A stretch of DNA of 64,000 nucleotides from an uncultured archaeon (GTDB lineage: Archaea; Asgardarchaeota; Thorarchaeia; Thorarchaeales; Thorarchaeaceae). The stretch is taken from the NCBI GenBank assembly GCA_964610875.1, contig CAZSWP010000015.1, forward strand, positions 13,758 to 77,757. The letters are read 5' to 3'. The notes beneath the pieces were generated by a model. That model saw only the letters and a program-made list of their open reading frames with translations. It was not told the DNA's origin and ran no database searches. Numbering within the stretch: position 1 is the first letter of the stretch; each line of letters starts with the position of its first letter. Positions 10,346-20,767 of this stretch are shown here, one piece after another. The translations under genes and the position numbers were made by a program.

Positions 10346-12359
10346 CAATAAAACGATATTCAAAACATATCCGGATTTCTTTATCATAGATGGAGTCTTG
10401 GTTCAACTGGCACGAAAAAGAAGGAAAGGCAAAAGATTTCGAAGAAGCCATGCCCCCTATTTAGCAAAGATACGTTTCTATTGGTGTGACACATGTAATG
10501 TCCCTAGAATAGCTGATACCTCATGTAGTATATGTCATGCACAACCAAGAGAAGTTCAACTTTCCCCACCTGGCGATCCGTTTCCAGCTATGGATGGTCA
10601 TCTTGAAAATACTATTTTCACAATAGATGCACAATTCGGTAGAGGTGTTGGCGAAAAAATCCTTCCTCCTAACAAGACCATTGTAATGAATAAAGTATCA
10701 TCCCTTGATGCAATGTATGAGGTTATTCTTGATGGACAGATAATTGGACGATTACGCTATGACATTCCCAAAAAAAGGTACAAGTTCATTCTCTCATTGG
10801 AAGGCGGAAGGAGAATTGGCGAAATAAGCCACCAAAAATGGGTCACTTGTGATGATGGTGTACTGAAATTTTTAAAAAATGGCGCTAATCTACTAGTACC
10901 AGGAATCATTGGCTGTGACTCTGAGATAGAGGTAGGGGATGAAGTATGGGTCACTGATACAAATGGTGTTGTTATTGCCGTAGGTATTGCTAGAATGACT
11001 GGTTCAGAAATTGCTCAGAGTGAGAAAGGATTTGCAATAAAAATCAGAGAGGTTGATGACCCGAGACCTCCAAATAGTAACAACACACTGGCATCATGGG
11101 ATGTTGTAGTTACTGCCAATACACATGACTTGGATAAAATTGAGAGCGAAGCAATGGGATTTGTAAAGAAAATCAGCTTTAAGAACCCAGGAAAAATAGT
11201 AGTTGGATTTAGTGGAGGTAAAGACTCACTAGCAACATATCTTGTCGTTGAAAAGGCATTAGAGGAAACCCCAAAGCTATTCTTTGTAGATACTGGTATC
11301 GAACTTCCTGAAACGGTCGAGTATATTCGTGAATTTGCCAAGAGTCGGGGGGTCGAAATCATCGGAGAAGAAGCAGGTGAGCGATTTTGGGAATCTCTTG
11401 CTACATTCGGTCCACCTGCAAGGGACTTTCGATGGTGTTGTAAAGTATTGAAACTCGGACCCGCTGCGACATCCATCTCTGAGAAGCTAGATGGTGAAAC
11501 ACTCTCATTCATGGGTCAAAGAAAACTGGAGTCATTCAAACGTTCTATTGAGCCGCGTGTCAGTTCCAATCCTTGGGTACCTGGACAGAAATCAGCTAAT
11601 CCAATCCAAAACTGGAATGCCCTCGAAGTCTGGCTCTATATCTTCAGAGAGAAAGCTCCGTTTAATCCACTATACAACCAAGGGTATCACAGAATGGGTT
11701 GCTATCTATGTCCCTCGTCCCCCCTTGCAGAACTTGACCGACTCAAAAAAAGCCATCCTGCATTATATCAGAGGTGGCGATTAAGTCTTCTAGAATGGGC
11801 TGAAAAATTCGGTTATCCAGAAGAATGGGTTGATCATGGATTTTGGCGATGGAAGAAATTACCTCAAGGGCAATTGAAAGTCATCAACAAAATGGGACTT
11901 GATATCGCATCAGAAAGGGGATCGACCGTAGAACGGTTAGAATTGGATACTGCACAGGGAGTTGCTCCTTGCACATCTACAACTTATAGTCTGGAGGGAC
12001 AATTCAATCAAGGCCTTGATTTGAATAGGGTCTCGAAAATTACTCCAATCTTTGGGAAGTCCCGAATGTCTGAGGAGTTAGGCGCACTCAAAATAAATGC
12101 GGGTGAGAATACAATCTCTCTTTTCAGTTCTGGATCTCTGGTAATTCGTGGTGAAGATGATAAATTAATAACCATGACTGCTGAACGTATTGAGAGGGCA
12201 GTTAAACGTGCACTCTTTTGTCAAGCATGTGGGTCTTGTGTACCACAATGTGAACAAGGCGCATTATCCCTTACAGACGGAAAGATTTGTGTGGATAAAG
12301 AGAAATGTACGGGCTGTTTACAGTGTGATAATTGGCCCTGTCCAACATATCTCACCTAG
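10335..12359 (+). CDS. PAPS-reductase-family protein with N-terminal Zn ribbon, PUA domain and C-terminal 4Fe-4S ferredoxin domain
   Basis: WCDTC..C..C, PUA (GANLLVPGI...GDEV), FSGGKDS, RWCCKVLKLGP, RMGCYLCP, CQACGSC...CTGCLQC; start probably TTG 10398. Confidence 0.85.
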   Translation: MVHNNKTIFKTYPDFFIIDGVLVQLARKRRKGKRFRRSHAPYLAKIRFYWCDTCNVPRIADTSCSICHAQPREVQLSPPGDPFPAMDGHLENTIFTIDAQFGRGVGEKILPPNKTIVMNKVSSLDAMYEVILDGQIIGRLRYDIPKKRYKFILSLEGGRRIGEISHQKWVTCDDGVLKFLKNGANLLVPGIIGCDSEIEVGDEVWVTDTNGVVIAVGIARMTGSEIAQSEKGFAIKIREVDDPRPPNSNNTLASWDVVVTANTHDLDKIESEAMGFVKKISFKNPGKIVVGFSGGKDSLATYLVVEKALEETPKLFFVDTGIELPETVEYIREFAKSRGVEIIGEEAGERFWESLATFGPPARDFRWCCKVLKLGPAATSISEKLDGETLSFMGQRKLESFKRSIEPRVSSNPWVPGQKSANPIQNWNALEVWLYIFREKAPFNPLYNQGYHRMGCYLCPSSPLAELDRLKKSHPALYQRWRLSLLEWAEKFGYPEEWVDHGFWRWKKLPQGQLKVINKMGLDIASERGSTVERLELDTAQGVAPCTSTTYSLEGQFNQGLDLNRVSKITPIFGKSRMSEELGALKINAGENTISLFSSGSLVIRGEDDKLITMTAERIERAVKRALFCQACGSCVPQCEQGALSLTDGKICVDKEKCTGCLQCDNWPCPTYLT

Positions 12360-12443
12360 ATTTTTCTGACAAAAGAGTTAATTGTCACTCGCGCTCAGCA
12401 TTCACCTAAGTACCAAATCCAATATCTCTGCGAGGTCTGAAAC

Positions 12444-13787
12444 ATGCTACGCTCGATGTCGTTCAAAATCCATGAGATGCGGCGATATCTTATCCTTAGT
12501 CTAGTAGTATCAATGATTGCTATTCCAATTGCAGACTCGCTTGTCATTCAAAGAGATAGAAATCGGAATGAGATGTATGGCGAAGGTTTCTGGATATACG
12601 GGTTCCAAGTCTATGAAATGACCGACAGTGAACTTTCTGAGAAGATGGGTCCTCCCTACAATGACGGTGATCATACTCTCCCTGATTATCTTGGCAATAT
12701 CACGTACGAATATCCTGTCTTCGGACTCATATTCTTCGCCATCGCTACGTGGTTATATCCGGGAGTGGGAGGTTTTCAGCCGCTTTGGTTGAATTTCATT
12801 CTTGTACTCGTATTCAACCTGAATCTTGTATTGATTGCCATTCTTCTTCGCGATAAAATTTACAATGTACGTTGGGCAAGACTATTCTTTGCAGGATACT
12901 TCATCTATGGTCTAATAATGTCCGCAGGTGGCGGAAAACTCGAGCCTATCACTGACTGTCTACTCTTAATGGCTCTAGTACTTCGACAAGAGGAACAAAA
13001 TGGCAAAGCAATGTTCACACTCGGTCTATCAGTTCAGACTAAAATCTATCCTGTAGTGGCATTACCGATCCTCTTTCTTGCTGCCCCTACCTCAATAATC
13101 TGGTTTCTCGTTTCAACCCTTCTCACTGTCATCCCGTTTCTGTTTCTTGATGTAGGGTTTGATTCCCTATTAGAGCACTTTCTGAATACATCAAACTACA
13201 GCACTTATACAGTCAATCCTATGTATCCAGGGTTAGGTTTCTCAACAAGAGACTTATCCTCTGCAACTTCATCTTTCTACCTTTGGCCCCCTGCATTCAT
13301 TCCTTTGGTCATCTATGTGGCATTTATGCTCTACACGATACAAATATACTTACCACAATGGTCTAAAATCAAGCAAGAAAAAACGTGGCTTGAACGTTTC
13401 AGGAAGCTGATACCACTCTATGTGTACTGTATTCCAGCTATTCTTTTCCTATTCAGATGGGTCATGCCGTGGTACCTTTTCTGGTTTGGCATATTCATAT
13501 TTCTCTTTGATGACGACGAACGGTCAATAGGATATCTCAAGGAGATAACAATAGTAGGTTTTGTGTATACATTCGGTGTCATCTGTAACTGGATATATTT
13601 CTCCACAGGGCCTCTAATTGATTTCGCGGAACATTTCATTCTAGGATGGTGGACTATTCCTCGATTGGGTCTTCTTGTTGTTATAGCAGCATGCATCTTC
13701 TTTGTATGGAAGTATACCTTTGATTATATTGAGAACCGAGCTCGAGTCTTACATGAGGCTGAATCTAGAGGAGAACTCGTTATCTAG
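12444..13787 (+). CDS. Polytopic membrane GT-C glycosyltransferase (GT87/DUF2029/PIG-M-like)
   Basis: About 10 hydrophobic segments; YEYPV and TKIYPVVALP motifs. Confidence 0.6.
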   Translation: MLRSMSFKIHEMRRYLILSLVVSMIAIPIADSLVIQRDRNRNEMYGEGFWIYGFQVYEMTDSELSEKMGPPYNDGDHTLPDYLGNITYEYPVFGLIFFAIATWLYPGVGGFQPLWLNFILVLVFNLNLVLIAILLRDKIYNVRWARLFFAGYFIYGLIMSAGGGKLEPITDCLLLMALVLRQEEQNGKAMFTLGLSVQTKIYPVVALPILFLAAPTSIIWFLVSTLLTVIPFLFLDVGFDSLLEHFLNTSNYSTYTVNPMYPGLGFSTRDLSSATSSFYLWPPAFIPLVIYVAFMLYTIQIYLPQWSKIKQEKTWLERFRKLIPLYVYCIPAILFLFRWVMPWYLFWFGIFIFLFDDDERSIGYLKEITIVGFVYTFGVICNWIYFSTGPLIDFAEHFILGWWTIPRLGLLVVIAACIFFVWKYTFDYIENRARVLHEAESRGELVI

Positions 13788-14250
13788 CTCGACCATTCTC
13801 CCTGTAATAATCAATAATCCTTTTTCTTATCAAGGTTGAAGAACATAGACCATCAGCATCTCTCTTTTCCAACCTCGCAATCTCCACATCAAGACCCCTA
13901 TTAATGAGAGATTTCTGAAGCTCATTGGTGTCCTTCATTTGGTCATAGCCAAGAGCAAGAATATCTGGTTGAATATCCGCAATAATTTGAGAAGGGTCTT
14001 GTGTGTTATATCCAAGAACAGCTCTATCAACAATAGCAAGAGCTTCCACAATTCTTCTTCTTTGGGAATCTGGAAATACCGGAGGAGCTCCTCTCTCACG
14101 TTGAATTGTTTCGTCCAGTGCAATCACGACAACGAGTTCTCCATCATGCCCCGCCAGTTCACGTGCCTGTTCGAGATATGCGATATGTCCTAGATGAAGA
14201 ATGTCGAACTTGCCAGCTGCTAATACTCTCTTTTTTACCAAGTCTCCCAC
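13780..14250 (-). CDS. ribL: Archaeal FAD synthase (cytidylyltransferase family)
   Basis: GKFDILHLGH, PDILALGYDQ, CSSTLIRKRI. Confidence 0.85.
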   Translation of the reverse strand: MGDLVKKRVLAAGKFDILHLGHIAYLEQARELAGHDGELVVVIALDETIQRERGAPPVFPDSQRRRIVEALAIVDRAVLGYNTQDPSQIIADIQPDILALGYDQMKDTNELQKSLINRGLDVEIARLEKRDADGLCSSTLIRKRIIDYYRENGRAR

Positions 14251-14271
14251 ACATCCTAGGAGTCGAGAATA

Positions 14272-14532
14272 CTAATCCTCATCGACTGCCAAGAATTCAT
14301 GTCCTTCAGTGATTACTTCTATTCGTCTTTTTGTTTTAGTAATTTGACTGACATGTACCAGTCCATTTATCTCCAACTGAAGGAGCGCAGAATTCAGTTC
14401 TGCGTCACTTGGTTCTGATCCTATCTCCTTTTTTAAGGCTCTTACAAGTTCATCATCTAATATGACTCCACGTCTCTTCTGGAGAACAGTCACAATCAAA
14501 TTTCGAAGGGGCATTGCATTCCATGGTGCCAA
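14272..14532 (-). CDS. Small conserved winged-helix protein downstream of cdc48
   Basis: ELNSALLQLEINGLVHV wHTH-like pattern; same strand, 17 bp after the cdc48 stop. Confidence 0.6.
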   Translation of the reverse strand: MAPWNAMPLRNLIVTVLQKRRGVILDDELVRALKKEIGSEPSDAELNSALLQLEINGLVHVSQITKTKRRIEVITEGHEFLAVDED

Positions 14533-14549
14533 TTGAATTCACCTTGATT

Positions 14550-16754
14550 TTATCCATAGTATGTTTGTTCCGCTGTAACCATTGCGGTTTTTCGCATTTC
14601 TTGATGCATCTTCTCATACCTGTCAATTATTTCCTTACTTATAGATGGATTCATTGATTTGAGAGCTAGTTCAAAATGACGCCATCCTATTTTTTCTATG
14701 TCTACATCTTCTCGAAGTGCTCTCATCCCTGCTTCTCGACAGAGAGCTTCAATATCTCCCCCTGTGAAGTTCTCAGTTTCTTCAACAAGACGATCCAAAT
14801 CTACATCATCATCTAAGGGCATATCTTTGACATAGATTGCAAAAATCTTCCTTCTGCTATCTTTGTTTGGCGCTCCAACATATACGAATCTATCAAATCG
14901 TCCAGTTCGTTTCAATGCCGGGTCGATGAGTTCAGGTCTGTTTGTTGCGGCAACTACAATAATGTCCTTCATTGATTCAAGTCCATCCATCTCCGTTAAG
15001 AGTTGGCTTATCACTCTCTCAGTCACATGACTGTCACCAGCACTTCGTCCACGTGTTGGAGCAAGAGCGTCAATCTCATCAAAGAATATTATCGCTGGAG
15101 CGGCGGTTCGTGCTTTGCGAAAGACTTCTCGTATTGCTTTTTCACTCTCCCCAACCCATTTTGAGAGTAATTCTGGGCCCTTCACACTAATGAAGTTGGC
15201 ATCACTCTCAGTAGCTACAGCACGAGCAAGCAATGTCTTTCCACATCCAGGAGGACCAAATATTAGCACTCCTTTTGGTGGGCTTATACCTATCCTAGAG
15301 AATGAATGGGGTCTTTGTAATGGCCATTCAACAACCTCAATGAGCTCTTCTTTTTCTGCCTCAAGGCCTCCTATGTCACTCCATTTCACATCAGGGATTT
15401 CAACAAAAACCTCTCTAACAGCTGAAGGTTGGATTTCTCTCATTGCACCATGGAAGTCTTCGAAATTGACTTCGAGTTCGTCAAGAACATCTTGAGGGAT
15501 TTCTTCATCTTCAAGATTGATATGTGGCAGGTATCGTCGAAGTGCTTTCATTGCAGCTTCTCTACATAACGCTTGAAGGTCCGCACCAACAAAACCGTGA
15601 GTGATTTTAGCTATATTCTCAAGACTGACCACATTTTTTCCTTCCGTTGTAAGTGGCATACCTCGAGAATGAATATGTAGAATTTCTAATCTCCCAATCT
15701 CGTCCGGAACACCAATCTCAAGCTCACGGTCAAATCTTCCAGGACGTCTCAATGCTGGATCGAGAGCATTTATTCTGTTTGTTGCACCAATAACAATGAC
15801 CTGCCCTCGTGCTTTTAGACCATCCATTGTTGCTAGTAGTTGTGCAACTACTCGTCGTTCAACTTCTCCTTGGACATCTTCTCGTTTTGGTGCAATGGCA
15901 TCAAGTTCATCTATGAATATAATACTTGGAGCATTCTCTTCTGCATCTTCAAAGATCTTCCTTAGTTTCTGTTCAGATTCACCATAAAACTTGGACATGA
16001 TCTCGGGACCATTGATATGAATGAAGTTTGCTTCGGACTCTGTGGCAACTGCCTTTGCTAAGAGAGTCTTTCCTGTGCCTGGAGGTCCATGCAAGATAAG
16101 TCCTCTTGGTGGATCAATTCCCAAACGTTTGAATATCTCTGGGTGACGCATTGGAAGCTCGACCATCTCTCTAATTCTCTGAATTGGTTCTGATAATCCT
16201 CCAATCTCTTCGTAAGTGACTTGTGAAGTGCCTGCTGTTTCACCTGTTGGTTTCTCAGCTATCGTCAAAATGGTTGAGTGTTGAACAACAACAGTACCTG
16301 CGGGTTTTACAGAGGTCACCTTGAATGGAATTGCTCTACCAAGAATTGGTATGAAAACCGTGTCCTGCAGAGTCACAGGACAGTTCAATAATTTCCTTTT
16401 GACAAACTCTTCAAATCTTGGTTCTGGACGAATCGGAACTGAAGTTGGCGCAAGTGTAACATTCCTTGCAGGTTCTTCATTTGCTTTTGAAACAGTGACT
16501 TTCTCGCTAAGACTAATTCCTGCATTTCGGCGAATTCTACCATCCATGCGAATAATCTCTCTACCCTTGTCTCCTTGATATGCTGGCCACGCAATCGCAG
16601 CTGTCACTCGCTTTCCTTTTATTTGAATGATGTCACCTGTTCTGACACCAAGTTTCTCCATAGATACCGCATCTATTCTAACGATGAATCTACCTATGTC
16701 CCTATGCTCGGCTTCTGCCACCTTTAATACAACTTCGACCACTTGCGATCGCAT
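14550..16754 (-). CDS. cdc48: CDC48/VCP/p97 AAA+ ATPase
   Basis: N domain plus two AAA modules ([31 protein letters not shown]); C-terminal HbYX motif (YYG). Confidence 0.97.
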   Translation of the reverse strand: MRSQVVEVVLKVAEAEHRDIGRFIVRIDAVSMEKLGVRTGDIIQIKGKRVTAAIAWPAYQGDKGREIIRMDGRIRRNAGISLSEKVTVSKANEEPARNVTLAPTSVPIRPEPRFEEFVKRKLLNCPVTLQDTVFIPILGRAIPFKVTSVKPAGTVVVQHSTILTIAEKPTGETAGTSQVTYEEIGGLSEPIQRIREMVELPMRHPEIFKRLGIDPPRGLILHGPPGTGKTLLAKAVATESEANFIHINGPEIMSKFYGESEQKLRKIFEDAEENAPSIIFIDELDAIAPKREDVQGEVERRVVAQLLATMDGLKARGQVIVIGATNRINALDPALRRPGRFDRELEIGVPDEIGRLEILHIHSRGMPLTTEGKNVVSLENIAKITHGFVGADLQALCREAAMKALRRYLPHINLEDEEIPQDVLDELEVNFEDFHGAMREIQPSAVREVFVEIPDVKWSDIGGLEAEKEELIEVVEWPLQRPHSFSRIGISPPKGVLIFGPPGCGKTLLARAVATESDANFISVKGPELLSKWVGESEKAIREVFRKARTAAPAIIFFDEIDALAPTRGRSAGDSHVTERVISQLLTEMDGLESMKDIIVVAATNRPELIDPALKRTGRFDRFVYVGAPNKDSRRKIFAIYVKDMPLDDDVDLDRLVEETENFTGGDIEALCREAGMRALREDVDIEKIGWRHFELALKSMNPSISKEIIDRYEKMHQEMRKTAMVTAEQTYYG

Positions 16755-16988
16755 CCTCCAGACATGTATGTCTGATATTCAAGAAGTAGAGACGTTATTT
16801 CTATATGTGTTTACGTCTCCAACAGAATCTCGGAATATCATATTTTTGTAGTGTTTTAACCATTTAACTAACTACCAAGATGCTGCTTCTTTCATAAAAT
16901 CCCTTAACAGCTTTGGATATAAAACATGAGTCTGTTGCATTTTCTCGCGCCAAGACGATTTTTTCATCAAATCTCAGTAAATCAATGT

Positions 16989-17255
16989 TTACATCCTTGA
17001 AACCATCTCGACTTCTACTTGAGATATTCCCTCAATACCACCAATAGCTTTTTCGATGTCGTCAGTACCGCCCATTGATTCTTCTCTTGCAACATTTAGT
17101 CTGAGTGCTTTAAGCCCAAAAGCAACTGGAATAATTTCATTAGCTCTGACATCTGTGCCCTCCGGAATGATTTTCTTAATTTTGTCTAACAAATCCTCTA
17201 AATCAACATCTACGTCTTCAGGCATTATCTTCAGTGTAATTACTACCCTTGCCAT
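16989..17255 (-). CDS. ef1b: Elongation factor 1-beta
   Basis: KIMPEDVDVDL...PVAFGLKAL...GGTDDIE. Confidence 0.95.
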   Translation of the reverse strand: MARVVITLKIMPEDVDVDLEDLLDKIKKIIPEGTDVRANEIIPVAFGLKALRLNVAREESMGGTDDIEKAIGGIEGISQVEVEMVSRM

Positions 17256-17272
17256 TATTCTCTCTCCCATGT

Positions 17273-17458
17273 TTATGGTCCTTCAAAGCCACAGTTCGGA
17301 CATGTATATCTATTCGAGAAGCGTCTGCATGATTCACAACGCCATATCGTAAAACCACCACAATTCGGACAGTCCATTTTAACACTGTTCTCCTTTGGTG
17401 ATATGGAACCGTGACATGATGTGCATCGTATAGCTTTCATACTTGACAAATCATTCAC
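17273..17458 (-). CDS. Zn-ribbon protein (DUF1610/HVO_2753 family)
   Basis: Four CxxC motifs ending CPNCGFEGP; usual position upstream of EF-1beta. Confidence 0.9.
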   Translation of the reverse strand: MNDLSSMKAIRCTSCHGSISPKENSVKMDCPNCGGFTIWRCESCRRFSNRYTCPNCGFEGP

Positions 17459-17591
17459 CAGAGTGTATTTTTTGAGATTCGCTCTTGGCCTCCCAGCGGA
17501 GTGGAATTATAAACTTACCGAAGGGCACGTAATTATAAAACCCAATTGATATATCTTGGCAGTATTCAACACTTTATCTGGAGAGGATAGT

Positions 17592-18626
17592 TTGGGAACA
17601 AAACTAAGTGATATAATGAATGCGGAAACAATCAGTCTAAAAGATCTCTCTGGACGGGATATTGCAATAGACGCATTCAATACTCTCTATCAATTCTTGT
17701 CCACAATCCGACAACCAGATGGAACACCTCTGAAGGATAGAAAAGGGGGGTTTACAAGTCATCTATCAGGTCTGTTTTATCGAAATCTGAATTTACTTGA
17801 GATTGGAATTAACCCTGTTTTTGTTTTTGACGGAGAGCCTCCTGAATTAAAATCCGAAGAGGTTCAGCGACGCCGTGAGAAAAGAGAAAAAGCACATGAA
17901 GAATGGCAAAAAGCTAAGGAAGAAGGAAGAATTGAAGATGCTAGGAAAGCTGCACAAGCGTCCTCACGCTTGACTGATGATATGGTGACTGAAAGTAAGG
18001 AGCTACTCGAAGCGCTTGGAATTCCTGTTATTCAAGCCCCGTCTGAAGGTGAAGCTTTGGCAGCACAGATGGCTAGAGAGAAGCTTGTATGGGCCAGCGC
18101 AAGTCAGGATAACGATTCGCTTCTATATAACTGTCCAAGGATGGTGCGTAACCTCTCTATATCTGGAAGGCGCCGAATGGGCAGGTCTAAAACCTACAAG
18201 ACGATACATCCCGAGATTATTGATTTAGACATTAATCTCAGATTACTGAAAATAACACGTGAACAGCTAATTGACATTGCTATACTTGTAGGAACCGACT
18301 ATAATGACAAAATCCCTGGCGTTGGACCAAAAACTGCACTCAAACTGATAAAGAAACATGGCACATTTGAGAAAGTCATAGACGCAAAGGGTTATGAAGT
18401 TGATTTTCCGTACGAGGAAATTCGTGATATATTCTTGAATCCTCCAACGGTTGATCTCAAGAAGCCCATATGGAACGACCCTGATTATGATAGGATTATG
18501 AAGATTCTTCATGAACAACATGATTTCAGTGAGAATAGAGTGACCAGCTCACTTGAAAGACTTGAAAAGGCGCTAGAGGAGATTCGTGGTTCTACACAAC
18601 AAAGCTCATTGTCCGATTTCTTCTAA
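17592..18626 (+). CDS. fen1: Flap endonuclease 1
   Basis: IAIDAFNTLYQFL, TSHLSGLFYR, APSEGEA, GTDYN, GVGPKTA; C-terminal PIP box QSSLSDFF; start TTG 17592. Confidence 0.97.
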   Translation: MGTKLSDIMNAETISLKDLSGRDIAIDAFNTLYQFLSTIRQPDGTPLKDRKGGFTSHLSGLFYRNLNLLEIGINPVFVFDGEPPELKSEEVQRRREKREKAHEEWQKAKEEGRIEDARKAAQASSRLTDDMVTESKELLEALGIPVIQAPSEGEALAAQMAREKLVWASASQDNDSLLYNCPRMVRNLSISGRRRMGRSKTYKTIHPEIIDLDINLRLLKITREQLIDIAILVGTDYNDKIPGVGPKTALKLIKKHGTFEKVIDAKGYEVDFPYEEIRDIFLNPPTVDLKKPIWNDPDYDRIMKILHEQHDFSENRVTSSLERLEKALEEIRGSTQQSSLSDFF

Positions 18627-18694
18627 TGTATGACTAGAGTCTGGACTTCCGAGAACTCTAAAAGGGACTGCACTGAAGAGCTTTTGAAACAGGT

Positions 18695-19411
18695 GTGCCT
18701 CTTATGCGAGAAAGAATGACTGCAATCAGAGTTAATGCTGTGGATATTGTTAATGGTGATTTTGGAAATGATAATGGTCCTAGAATCATATCCCCATCAG
18801 GTGTTGAATTAAGACGAGTCATGCTCGTGGGAAATATTGTAGAGGCTCAGTACTATGAGAAGAAACCAACCGAAGGCAAAGAGAGTTTTGTCAGAATAAT
18901 TTTGGATGATGGTTCAGAAACAGTAAGAGTACAAGCATGGGGTGCTGAAGCAGACCTAATGAGCGGAGTCCGACCATCAAAACTCGCTCTTATCATCGGG
19001 AAGGTGCAACAATACAAAGATGATGTCTTTGTAAAACCTGAAACTATCAAAGAACTTGATGATGCAAATATAATGACTGTGCACAAGCTGGACCGAATGC
19101 TTACAATACTTCGAAATGGCGGAGATGTTTATGCATCGACAGAACCTGATGTTTCCTTGGATGATTATATCGAACCGTCCACGGGAGAAAAGAGCTCTGA
19201 CTCTGTAAGTTCTTCTCTACCTCGTCTTCAAAAACGAATCTATGAATTTGTTTGTGAGAATGACTCTCTTCAAGGTGTCAGTAATACGATAATTGCAGAC
19301 GCACTCGCGAATGGTGAGATGGATAAGGTAAAAATCGATATGGAGCTCATTGAATTAGTTGAGAAAGACATGATTTATGAAATTCAGACCGGTGTCTATC
19401 GCCCAACCTAG
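18695..19411 (+). CDS. RPA32/RPA2-like OB-fold protein with C-terminal winged helix
   Basis: RRVMLVGNIV...LDDGSETVRVQAW OB fold, Ser/acidic linker, wH-like tail (ELVEKDMIYEIQTGVYR). Confidence 0.75.
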   Translation: MPLMRERMTAIRVNAVDIVNGDFGNDNGPRIISPSGVELRRVMLVGNIVEAQYYEKKPTEGKESFVRIILDDGSETVRVQAWGAEADLMSGVRPSKLALIIGKVQQYKDDVFVKPETIKELDDANIMTVHKLDRMLTILRNGGDVYASTEPDVSLDDYIEPSTGEKSSDSVSSSLPRLQKRIYEFVCENDSLQGVSNTIIADALANGEMDKVKIDMELIELVEKDMIYEIQTGVYRPT

Positions 19412-19471
19412 GATTTCATTCATTATAGTGCAAACAGAAGCTTCAATAACCATCAGGAGAAGAACTGAATC

Positions 19472-19885
19472 ATGGACGATTACGAGAAACTATTGGATAG
19501 AGCAAGAAGCAGTGTACCAGAGGATGCCTTCAAGCGATCGGGTGAAAGATTTCAAGTACCAAACGTAGAACTAATTGTACAAGGAAATAGGACCATTTGG
19601 CAAAACTTTCAGGAAATAATTACAGTACTCAATCGTCCAGGCAAAGAAGTTCTCAAATATATTTCCGGACAACTAGCTACAGCAGGGAATATTGAAGGTG
19701 GAGGTGCTGTATTCCAAGGCAAATTCGCTCCTGAGATTGTTGATGATGTTCTAAGTCGTTATATTGATGCATATGTCATTTGTCCTGTATGTGGCCGTCC
19801 TGACACTCATATGCAGAAGGAATCAAACGCTTACTACCTGAGTTGTACAGCATGTGGTGCTAGCACAGCGATTCGTCCTGTTTAG
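19472..19885 (+). CDS. eif2b: Translation initiation factor 2 beta subunit
   Basis: YEKLLDRA, ERFQVP, GNRTIWQNF, CPVCGRPDT...CTACGA. Confidence 0.95.
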   Translation: MDDYEKLLDRARSSVPEDAFKRSGERFQVPNVELIVQGNRTIWQNFQEIITVLNRPGKEVLKYISGQLATAGNIEGGGAVFQGKFAPEIVDDVLSRYIDAYVICPVCGRPDTHMQKESNAYYLSCTACGASTAIRPV

Positions 19886-19899
19886 GAGGGTTCTTTGAT

Positions 19900-20199
19900 T
19901 TGGCTTCGGTATATCTACGGATTCGTGAAACCCACGATCATGTAGTGGTTGCTGTATGCGATGAACAACTACTGGGAAAGACTTTGACAGAAGGAGCAAT
20001 CATCTTCAAGGTCAGTGAAGAGTTCTATGGTGGAGACCTCGTTGACATGGACACATGTCTCAAATACCTGAAGACTGCAACCATAGCAAATATGGTTGGT
20101 AATGATACTGTAGAAGCAGCGAAAAGTGCAGGCATTGTTCATGAGAATGCAGTTCTCTATATTCAAGGGCACCCTCATGCACAGTGGATGAAACTCTGA
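19900..20199 (+). CDS. DUF424 family protein
   Basis: VVAVCDEQLLGK...FYGG...ANMVG...GHPHAQ. Confidence 0.9.
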   Translation: MASVYLRIRETHDHVVVAVCDEQLLGKTLTEGAIIFKVSEEFYGGDLVDMDTCLKYLKTATIANMVGNDTVEAAKSAGIVHENAVLYIQGHPHAQWMKL

Positions 20200-20207
20200 G
20201 TTTTTCT

Positions 20208-20606
20208 TTAGTGTTTCTGTGCTCCACCGCCACAGAGGTTTCTCTGACCCAATTGCTGACAATCTCCATTGAGATACATATGAATGACGTCCTTTGCAGT
20301 GTTTCCTATACCATACAGAACTGTAAGACCTGCCTGTTGTGAGAACATGAAAGGCCTCATTCCCATACCACTTGCAATAAGGACATCGACACCATTTTGT
20401 GAGAGGAGATTTATTGGGTCAGCACAACTACTATGACCCGTATTCCTAATCGTTTCGGTTGATGTTATTTTGCCATCTTCTACAGTACTGACAAGAAATG
20501 CATGACAGTGACCGAAGTGTGCGCTTATGGGACTATCCAGTCCATGCTCTGAATCTATTGGTACTGCAATTCTAACTCTACTCATTATGTTTTTCACCTT
20601 TGTCAA
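20208..20606 (-). CDS. NifB/NifX-family (FeMo cofactor biosynthesis-like) protein
   Basis: RIAVP...HFGHCHAF...GVDVLIASGMG. Confidence 0.85.
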   Translation of the reverse strand: MTKVKNIMSRVRIAVPIDSEHGLDSPISAHFGHCHAFLVSTVEDGKITSTETIRNTGHSSCADPINLLSQNGVDVLIASGMGMRPFMFSQQAGLTVLYGIGNTAKDVIHMYLNGDCQQLGQRNLCGGGAQKH

Positions 20607-20767
20607 TACGATATCTTTGCTTGTGAAGGTAAAGCTTAGACCTGCTGAGCTGTGTATCTATAAAAGGATTGCATAATGTCCACTGGAAGAGATTCCTTGT
20701 ATGACTATCACAACTACCTTTTTTGCCTTAGCCTTAGCCTTATCAACAATCTAAATTGAAATGATAG

